The position numbers were made by a program, and so were the translations under genes. The notes beneath the pieces were generated by a model. It was not told the DNA's origin, did no database searches, and saw only the letters and a list, made by a program, of their open reading frames with translations. A stretch of DNA of 63,733 nt, the filler included, from Stramenopiles sp. TOSAG23-2 (lineage: Eukaryota): the NCBI GenBank assembly GCA_900128395.1. It is 2 parts of 2 records of this genome, joined end to end, with 100 filler letters (N's around TTAATTAATTAA, not from the genome) between each part and the next. Parts side by side here need not be neighbours in the genome. Positions count along the whole stretch, not along the records: positions 31,938 to 63,733 come from LT649368.1; 1 more part is not named here. One strand, given 5' to 3'. This document shows, in pieces, positions 55,708 through 63,733 of the stretch. The first letter of the stretch is position 1, and every line of letters starts with the position of its first letter.

Positions 55708-56706
55708 TTTGTTTTGTTATATCTACTTTCTATATTTCTTTCTGTCGTCTATATTGTAGTATGTATTTGTATATTGTGAGTGATGTCATTCTATGATGGA
55801 CACACTATGGACCTTCCGGTCTTTTCCCTTGTCATGTTAATGTGCTAGACGATTAATGCTAAATACCTGCTAATTAATGACCGCGAAGTAAAAAAAGTTG
55901 CAATGAAAGGCAAAGTGGTACCAGGTAGTTTCAATTCCCTGCCCTGATGTGTGTGTATAGGGGTATTAACGAAGCAAGATAACAAAGAAGAGACTTGAAA
56001 GAAATAAATATTTAAGGAAAATAGTATTAAAATAAATATAGTATAAAAAGTATAAATTATTATATTAGACTCTGTAGCTTTAAATCTATATATGTATAAA
56101 ATATATAACTGTGTGTATACACATCAAAGGGTGGATAAAGATTATTAGAATTAAAACACCATTAGGAAAAGACGATAATTAGTATACGAAAAGTATAACT
56201 GAAAATGTAACGCTGGGCTATATGGAAATACCATTAGCGTTTTGCGGACACTAATTAGGCCGCAATAGCAGGTAAATTGTGGTCAAAATAGTGCTGTGAC
56301 GGCCTAATACAGTGTTAGGCAATGTCGCCACTAATTAGGCCGCAATAGCAGGTAAATTGTGGACAAAATAGTGCTGTGACGGCCTAATAGAAAATGTCGC
56401 CACTAATTAGGCCGCAATAGCAGGTAAAAAGTGGGCAAAATAGTGCTGTGACGGCGTAAAAACGTGTTACCATAGACATAGTATAGGGAAAACTTCCACC
56501 GTAAAAAACGATTCTTACATGATTTGTTTTGTTATATCTACTTTCTATATTTCTTTCTGTCGTCTATATTGTAGTATATGTATTTGTATATTGTGAGTGA
56601 TGTCATTCTATGATGGACACACTATGGACCTTCCGGTCTTTTCCCTTGTCATGTTGTTAATGTGCTAGACGATTAATGCTAAATACCTGCTAATTAAAGA
56701 CCGCGA
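55708..56706. repeat. ~180-bp direct repeats (55708-55886 / 56523-56706) enclosing a hairpin array
   Basis: near-identical TTTGTTTTGTTATATCTAC...GGACCTTCCGGTC...TACCTGCTAATTAA.GACCGCGA with small indels. Confidence 0.9.
56249..56458. repeat. three ~61-bp hairpin-forming units with short linkers
   Basis: CACTAATTAGGCCGCAATAGCAGGTAAA..GTGG.CAAAATAGTGCTGTGACGGC at 56249, 56329, 56401; ATTAGGCCG/CGGCCTAAT closes units 1 and 2. Confidence 0.9.
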
Positions 56707-56934
56707 GTTTAAGTTGCAAAAGAGAATTGGTTCTGAAAATAAAAAGTGGTAGTTTTCAATAAAATCGAAAATGGCTTAGGCTATTGCAAAAACAAATAAT
56801 ATTTCAATTCAATCTTTAGATCTAAAATCTCCTAAAATTTATTTCAATTATTAATAGTAGTTTTTAAGCTTATTTATATGTTAATATTTTTGCAGAGTTG
56901 GATTAAAATTCGATTAAAGAATACCAACATGATG

Positions 56935-57028
56935 TGCGCTACTAATTTATTATTAAGTCTTCACTTAATTTCACTACAATATGCGCTACTAATTTATTAT
57001 TAAGTCTTCACTTAATTTCACTACAATA
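56935..57028. repeat. ~47-bp tandem duplication
   Basis: TGCGCTACTAATTTATTATTAAGTCTTCACTTAATTTCACTACAAT twice. Confidence 0.85.
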
Positions 57029-57165
57029 TTATATACTTATAAGTAAGATGGAAAATACCTATATAAAACTAAAGTGTAAACTATAAATACCACGGTATGA
57101 CGAAAAGTGCAAAACAACTGTAACTCTCTCTTTTTTTCTCACATCTTTACACTCCTTACACAACT

Positions 57166-60100
57166 CTACAACAACATTTTCATATATCCACTGTCTTGTT
57201 TACTAATCCTCGATATATATTTCACGTTTTTAATTTTTTTTTGTGTTGGATTATTGCGATCTTCGTCATTGTTATCATGATTATGATTGTTGTATAACAT
57301 ACTATTCCTACGCATGTATAAAATGTTTTTACCATTGATTATTTGTTCAATCATATCGGATCGTTTATACAAATTGGTGTTAAATTGACCATTTGGATCA
57401 ACTAATAAATATTTATTATAAACATTATTAATATTTATAACAGTTTGCTCTATTAAAAATGGCAAATCGGTAAGAGTATACATCGTATTCGATAGTAATG
57501 GCCCTATTAACAACGAATCTGATGTATCTACTACACTATCTCTGCTGCCATTGTAATTTGCCGTACTATTATTCAATGATTTGTACAATTCATTAATATA
57601 TTTATATTTATCTTGAAAACGATTATTTGCATATACAAAAACAGTACACAAATTGACTACATTGTCTTCCACATTGCTGCCATAATGCAATGGCACTACA
57701 ACTATCGTAACACAATCTCCTTTTTCAATATCATCTTTCTTATTTTGCGATACATATTTCTCATATATGTATTTATTATTACAAGTATATGAGGACATGT
57801 TATTGTTTTTTTTTCCAATGTCTTGTTGGCTAATATATGGTATAATATCAACCATCCTTGTATCATTAATTACAATATCTATATTTACATACGATTTTGG
57901 TGTATCATATGTAACATTGCTTTCGACCTTGTTGTTATTGGATTCTTCTTTTTTTGCTGTTGTGGGGTCTATTTCTTGCAACAAGTAGTCATCAGAACGT
58001 TCATAATAAGAAACAACATTCTTTGTGGTAGCATTATCATCTTTCACTTCAGTATTTCCATCACCAAAACAATCATCATTATTGATATTATTTCTTGATT
58101 TTAAATATGATTCTATTAATGTCTTCCAGAACGGAACCATATAACACAATTTATAACTAGTCTCCGTACTTCGCGATTCCACAATATTTACCAAATCACA
58201 GTGATCTGGCACATCATTACTTAAATATAATTGTTGTTTTCCAACAAAATGATCATATTCACCAACACACGTAGGTTTGCCTAACGATTTCATCATCGTA
58301 TACAACATTTCAACAGTCTGTTCATTATTCTTACCATTTAATATCGCCTCTTTATTTGATAAAATACTCGTATGGACAAAATCCATATTTTCCCCACCTG
58401 TTGACGATGACACGATCTCTTTCTTCGTATTCAAATACATAATGTTAATAAACACAGGTGTATGAATGGTAGTGTTATCTAGCGCTTGAATATTTTTGAT
58501 AAAAACTGGATTGTTACAACACGAATATAACGGTTCAACTGTTCGTGGTGGCGAAGCGTGTGAAATTGAATCTGATATAATACCTATTTGCATTAATAGC
58601 CAACGATTTAAAAGAACATTGTCATAAAAATTATCATTGCTATTGTTACCAACAACTTTTTGCTCTTGTGGTTCATCATCATCATCATCTTCTTCTTCTT
58701 CTTGTTCATTCCTTGTATCAGCACGATTTGTATTGTTTACAATTCTACTATTATCAACACTTTCATTCTTGTAAAATTGTTCTTCCACTGCAATACATTC
58801 ATCAAATATATCATGTTTTCTATTTAAATGGTTTTCATGTATTTTAGAGTAAGCAGAAGTGCTAGTATTAATAATATCTTTCTTTGAATGATAATCCTCA
58901 TATGTACTAATACTTAAATTGCAAAATGATTTTTGACGCTGAAACAATTTGATTGAATTTTCAATATTGGAATTGTCTATTTTATTAATAATTTTATTGC
59001 CATCATCATCATCTTTGGCGTTGTTATTATTATTATTATTATTATCTGTTTTTGCATTTACTACAAATTCTTGAGATTCATTGAGAACTTGAAACATGTT
59101 GTGGACAGGATCCTCATCAATCATTGTATCATTCTTCTCATCAACAGTCGTATTTTCCTTGCTTTCATCAATTTGTGGCATCGATTTTGCACTACTTCTA
59201 AAACCACGTGGACTAGATTTAGCGCCCATTAAAGTATTCTCAGCCTCCTCCATGGTGTTTTTGTCTTTCTTATTCCCATCCATTAGTACCAAATTTTCAT
59301 TATATTTTGTAATCAGATCTTTTATTGTTTGAGAACATTTAGCATAAAGCGCAGAATCATTTTGAAAATGTTCTAGCACTTGCTTTTTAATATTGTCATG
59401 CGATAGAGTCAAAAGATCCCCTTCTTTTTCAGCTCTGTGAATGATACTTTCCGCATATCTTACCATCGCATTTTGCTCAGGTGTTAACAATAAGTGATAT
59501 TTTGAAGGAACATAATTCAATCTACTATTTAAGCGATCGCGACTTAACGATCTCGTTGTCAAATTTTCACCGCCGTTTCTAGAATCTATACAAGCATTTG
59601 CATCTATTATGGCCTTTTGTTCATCCGATTGGGATGGTATACCTTCCCATTCTATTCTCCCATAACTATTTCGAAATGTTAATTGATACATGTTATAGGT
59701 ATTTACATCATCATTACTACCATCTATATTACGTTTTTTTACGCTTACAATAGTATCTTTACCAATTGAATAGTAGTTACAAGATGATAATTCGCTACTT
59801 GGTATTTCAGCATAATTATAAGTGCTTTTACTTTGTTTTTTCCCTATATTGTTACACGCATCCAACAATACAGTGCCGCTTTTTTCAATTCGTAGCAATG
59901 TAATTTTAAAAATCTTTCTGTAATTGGTTGATTGTTTAATAATTGTATTTGATTCTAACAATGTAATAATATGGCAACACTTAATCGATGTCTTAATGAT
60001 TTCATGACCAGCAGTATGATTTGTGATTAACCACGGGGCTTTTTGTACATAGTTTATCACCATGTTATTAATATCAATGATATTCAAGCATGAAATCTCT

Positions 60101-62772
60101 ACGTATTTTACCAACTCATTGGCATTGGAGGTTGCATTGAGAGTATTGCTACTAGTATTTGCATGAGCATGAACGAGACTACTTTCAATTATTTTCTCCT
60201 TCATGCCTTCAAGCGTGTTGGTAACATGGTGACAATATTTCATCAGCATATTTGGAATAGTATGCGTGCCAGAGACATGTATATGATCAACAATGCTCGA
60301 AATTCGATTTAACAACATAATCGCATCGCGTTTCACTAAGTCATTCCATTCATTATCATGGAAAAACTTTGATAAGATGGTAGAAATGGTGACTTGTGCA
60401 ATGCCAGGCACTTTCCTATCTTCATACAATTTTGATGCTAAAATAGAAAATGTATACCGTAAATTATACTCGTTGGATTCCTTCGCTAAAAATGTCATCA
60501 AAACACGCCCTGTGTTTTTACGAATTATTTCGCATATGTCTATTTCCGACGATGTTCCGTTGCTTTTACTGTTCCCATTTTGTTTTGAGAACAATAAATT
60601 GTTTCGATTTCTTCTAGATCTACATATCATATTGTGTATAATCTTTAATATTGATAAACGAACAACCTCATTTTGTAATTTTGTCTTATTATTCTTTTGT
60701 TGGCTAGATTTGTTCTTACTAGAAGCGGTATTATTAATATTATTGTTATTTGCAACATTGTTTTTTGTCCATATTGTATTACCATTTGTCTTATTTGTAT
60801 ACTTCATTACTTTATTAATTCCAAAAATTAAACTTTCAAGCAAAATCTGGTTCTGTTTAACGTTTTTAATCAAAACATTACGCCCATACACTAGAATAGC
60901 TTTTACACAGTCTATGTCAGCCATTTCGTTTAACCCGTTTATCAAAATATTATAAAAGTGGGATACATGCTGCCCTGTAGTCGTGATATTTTTTGAATCC
61001 TCATTTGACATATCAATTCTATTGAAAACTATGCATAATGTCTCTATACATTTAACAATGCCTTCCTTGTATTGTGTTGTAGAAGTGGGACTAATTAATA
61101 AATTAGTTGCATTTTGATACAAACCTACACCAAACAAGTTTAACGCAGTAATAGCATTTGTACTATTAAAATACTTAACACCAAAAGATATTTTTCCTTC
61201 GTAACTTTTTTGCTTCCGCGCCATTATCATCGCATTATTATCTGTTGTATCAGCAATATTAATCAACTTTAACATAATGGCACTAATAATATCGATTGCA
61301 CTGGAAAAATCTAATGAACTATTTATTGCAGTCAATTGGTTAAATCTATCTCCTAATGATTTATGCTTACGATTAAAAAGCATTTCTGTTGTTTGTTTCG
61401 CGCTTAAACCATTTATAAATACCGATGGATCAGGTGTTGACTTTATCAAATTATACCAAAGGTTATAAATAATATCATTACTACGATTGGTTAATAGTGT
61501 ATGTGAAATGGTGATATATGTTTGTTTGTTCCATAATTTAAATATGGAAAAAACTTCAGAATCAACATTGTTTCCAACAGAATGACCCGTTGCTTTTTGT
61601 GTTAACAACCAATTAATTTTAATAATGCTACTATCATCTTGATGCAGTTGGGTATTATTACGTGAACTGCTGTTTATTGGACCATTGTTCTTCTTATTAT
61701 CATCACCACTACTATCCATATCCTTTTCTTGACAATGATTCCATAATTTTTCTTTTACAATAATATTTGTAATTGCCTCTAATACACAATAATGGACGTA
61801 CATGGAATTTGTGCCACCTACTAACCACCATTCTTTGGAATATGTAATGTACAACGCAAAAATATCATTTATCAATGTCATTCCATCATCACTTGGTTTA
61901 TTGCTATTATTATTTGCATCATCGTCCTCATTATTATTATTTGTGAAAAATATTGGAATACTAATAAATAATATTTCGTAAAATGTTCTTATTAAATATG
62001 GTGCTAATCGTCTACTTAAGTATGGATGAGATTTCGATGCAGCAATTGTATTCGCTGCACTTGCCCTTACCATCTTTACCGCATTATCAAGAGATAATAA
62101 TTCATGCTGAATACCTAATATTAACCGTAATATAATATTGTATATCTCTTGTAATTTTAAGACTTTTGCATCATCAAGGTCGTTTAAATTTAATATCACT
62201 GGTATACTTTTCGTCAATAATTTTAATGTTCTGCAACAAAGTTTAAAATGTTTTTCTTTTTGATTTAATGTCAACTGCTTATTATTGCGTCCCATAAATA
62301 ATAATGTAGTACATTTAATTAACGATACATAAAATTCAAATTTATTATCATCATTGATACAATTTAATGCATGCGGAGGTGTAACGACGGTAATGCCATT
62401 TACAATGTGTTTCGCTAAAAATTCTGCTGGTTCTTGCAACCATATAGATAATAACGAAATAGTAGTACTTATTATATTAAAATCAGCATCATCATTAAGT
62501 GGTAAAGCAAATGCTGCACCAATAATTTCAACATTCCATTGCAAGGCTTCATAATTTGGAATTAATGCATTTATATTTGAAATCGAGTGTTGCGGCAATT
62601 GTTGTTGCTGTTTTTTTTGTTTACTATGATCATATTTACATGTTTGATATAAGTTTGGTATACTTGAGGCACATATACCACGTATTGCTTGTGTTGGATA
62701 ATTTTTTAAATGAAAAGTATTTTGTTTTGGTGATGGTAGTAATTTATTCGTAATAATGGATTGAAGGAACAT
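57166..62772 (-). CDS. RalGAP-beta-like / Rap-GAP-fold large protein
   Basis: WNVEIIGAAFALPL...ISLLSIWL, LAPYLIRTFYE, LTFRNSYGRIEW and C-terminal IGPLL...LPFLIEQTVIN...KR resemble recalled RALGAPB blocks. Confidence 0.55.
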   Translation of the reverse strand: MFLQSIITNKLLPSPKQNTFHLKNYPTQAIRGICASSIPNLYQTCKYDHSKQKKQQQQLPQHSISNINALIPNYEALQWNVEIIGAAFALPLNDDADFNIISTTISLLSIWLQEPAEFLAKHIVNGITVVTPPHALNCINDDNKFEFYVSLIKCTTLLFMGRNNKQLTLNQKEKHFKLCCRTLKLLTKSIPVILNLNDLDDAKVLKLQEIYNIILRLILGIQHELLSLDNAVKMVRASAANTIAASKSHPYLSRRLAPYLIRTFYEILFISIPIFFTNNNNEDDDANNNSNKPSDDGMTLINDIFALYITYSKEWWLVGGTNSMYVHYCVLEAITNIIVKEKLWNHCQEKDMDSSGDDNKKNNGPINSSSRNNTQLHQDDSSIIKINWLLTQKATGHSVGNNVDSEVFSIFKLWNKQTYITISHTLLTNRSNDIIYNLWYNLIKSTPDPSVFINGLSAKQTTEMLFNRKHKSLGDRFNQLTAINSSLDFSSAIDIISAIMLKLINIADTTDNNAMIMARKQKSYEGKISFGVKYFNSTNAITALNLFGVGLYQNATNLLISPTSTTQYKEGIVKCIETLCIVFNRIDMSNEDSKNITTTGQHVSHFYNILINGLNEMADIDCVKAILVYGRNVLIKNVKQNQILLESLIFGINKVMKYTNKTNGNTIWTKNNVANNNNINNTASSKNKSSQQKNNKTKLQNEVVRLSILKIIHNMICRSRRNRNNLLFSKQNGNSKSNGTSSEIDICEIIRKNTGRVLMTFLAKESNEYNLRYTFSILASKLYEDRKVPGIAQVTISTILSKFFHDNEWNDLVKRDAIMLLNRISSIVDHIHVSGTHTIPNMLMKYCHHVTNTLEGMKEKIIESSLVHAHANTSSNTLNATSNANELVKYVEISCLNIIDINNMVINYVQKAPWLITNHTAGHEIIKTSIKCCHIITLLESNTIIKQSTNYRKIFKITLLRIEKSGTVLLDACNNIGKKQSKSTYNYAEIPSSELSSCNYYSIGKDTIVSVKKRNIDGSNDDVNTYNMYQLTFRNSYGRIEWEGIPSQSDEQKAIIDANACIDSRNGGENLTTRSLSRDRLNSRLNYVPSKYHLLLTPEQNAMVRYAESIIHRAEKEGDLLTLSHDNIKKQVLEHFQNDSALYAKCSQTIKDLITKYNENLVLMDGNKKDKNTMEEAENTLMGAKSSPRGFRSSAKSMPQIDESKENTTVDEKNDTMIDEDPVHNMFQVLNESQEFVVNAKTDNNNNNNNNAKDDDDGNKIINKIDNSNIENSIKLFQRQKSFCNLSISTYEDYHSKKDIINTSTSAYSKIHENHLNRKHDIFDECIAVEEQFYKNESVDNSRIVNNTNRADTRNEQEEEEDDDDDEPQEQKVVGNNSNDNFYDNVLLNRWLLMQIGIISDSISHASPPRTVEPLYSCCNNPVFIKNIQALDNTTIHTPVFINIMYLNTKKEIVSSSTGGENMDFVHTSILSNKEAILNGKNNEQTVEMLYTMMKSLGKPTCVGEYDHFVGKQQLYLSNDVPDHCDLVNIVESRSTETSYKLCYMVPFWKTLIESYLKSRNNINNDDCFGDGNTEVKDDNATTKNVVSYYERSDDYLLQEIDPTTAKKEESNNNKVESNVTYDTPKSYVNIDIVINDTRMVDIIPYISQQDIGKKNNNMSSYTCNNKYIYEKYVSQNKKDDIEKGDCVTIVVVPLHYGSNVEDNVVNLCTVFVYANNRFQDKYKYINELYKSLNNSTANYNGSRDSVVDTSDSLLIGPLLSNTMYTLTDLPFLIEQTVININNVYNKYLLVDPNGQFNTNLYKRSDMIEQIINGKNILYMRRNSMLYNNHNHDNNDEDRNNPTQKKIKNVKYISRISKQDSGYMKMLL

Positions 62773-63281
62773 TTTCGGATTGTTCTACTATGTGTATATA
62801 TATATATTGCAATGTATGAAAATTGGAACATTTAGTATGAAAATTGGAATATTTATATGATACATATATATATATATATAAACAATAAATGATATGTCAT
62901 CTATAATATCTTTCTTACTTCATAACTTGCACAATTAAATTATGATGAATAATATATATATTATATTGCCAGATGATGGTGCAGATTGCACATCATTCTA
63001 ATAATTGCAGGTTGCAATTCATTTTTTTTGACATACTACCAGGTACTATACTCTATACTACTCATACCAAAATAAATAATAATAGTGATGATAGTAAAGT
63101 AAAATCGTAAAATCAACTGTTCTTAGACTACTATTATATGCTATATTGTCCTATCATATTGAAAAATAAAAAATCTGTGGTGTACTGTGTACTGTGGCCA
63201 TGCCAGTTTGCCCCATTTTAATTATCTCTCTGTCGCTAATAGGTACAGATTTATGAGAGAAGAAGGTACAGATGAGTGTAC

Positions 63282-63349
63282 ACAGGGCGAATAGCACCTG
63301 GCGGTGCTATTTCCTTGTAAGTTAAAAATCGACTACGCTCGATTCACTT
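63282..63349. repeat. dispersed hairpin repeat, copy 2
   Basis: ACAGGG-CG-AATAGCACC-TGGC-GGTGCTATT-T-CCTTGT stem-loop; related to 17741-17820. Confidence 0.65.
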
Positions 63350-63733
63350 TTTCTTCGGAAAGCATTAAGAAGACTTAACTTAGGTTGTACTCCTATTTAG
63401 ATCAATAGCATGGAAATAGCACTGTTTCATGCATATCCTGACTTTTTTGACATTTTGGCACTTTGTATATTTGCATTTTATTGAATTGAAGGTATTATTA
63501 AATATATTCCTCGATCAAAATGGATTTAGATATTCACTTTTAGATTTATCAAAAATTACAATAAAAATACTTTATTATATTACATAAAATATTGCATTAT
63601 GTTAACGAAACATCATTTTAAAAGAATTTTACACACAATATATAACATTTACACACATACATATTAGTCAAATAACTAAAAATACAAATATATCTATATA
63701 AGAGTGATATTTTATAACAATTTATACACGTGG

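Noticed and set aside
56249-56458. CRISPR-like array
   Set aside because: Units are ~61 bp with 11-19-bp linkers that share AATGTCGC, there are only three units, the context is eukaryotic, and no cas genes are present.
55708-56718. LTR/TRIM retroelement (repeats can be read TG...CA)
   Set aside because: Similarity continues past the CA, and no adjacent PBS, polypurine tract or TSD was found.

Overview
This is a gene-dense, very AT-rich, intron-poor eukaryotic contig with one N-gap at ~31838-31937. It probably comes from a flagellated protist: it encodes RSP3, has Asn-rich low-complexity proteins, and has short GT-AG introns with CTAAC branch points. A stramenopile origin is an inference only. 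About 30 protein genes are present, including Timeless, a CCA-adding enzyme, cytosolic HSP70, dimeric cytidine deaminase, an MFS transporter, GON4L/DUO3-like, eIF3g, a VOC + sialate O-acetylesterase fusion, Rpn3, SmF, ITPA, THUMPD1-like, RSP3, PCMT, FAHD1, NAXE, a CaiB CoA-transferase, xylose isomerase and RalGAP-beta-like. The strongest hidden signal is a peroxiredoxin-like gene that the ORF track truncates. Its real N-terminus reads FYRGAW-TGA-PY-TGA, i.e. a UxxU double-selenocysteine motif, and a canonical eukaryotic SECIS lies ~80 nt after its stop. Other signals are a 201-bp element with perfect TIRs, a 9-bp TSD and an interior packed with RNA-like hairpins; a membrane-protein gene enclosed by ~330-bp inverted repeats; a Timeless with added telobox-Myb and fascin-like domains; recurrent 5' (TACCWGGTA) and 3' (TAC[GC]GAGTA) intergenic motifs; and many local duplications, some probably assembly artefacts. 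All family calls come from motif recognition by eye; no database search was run.
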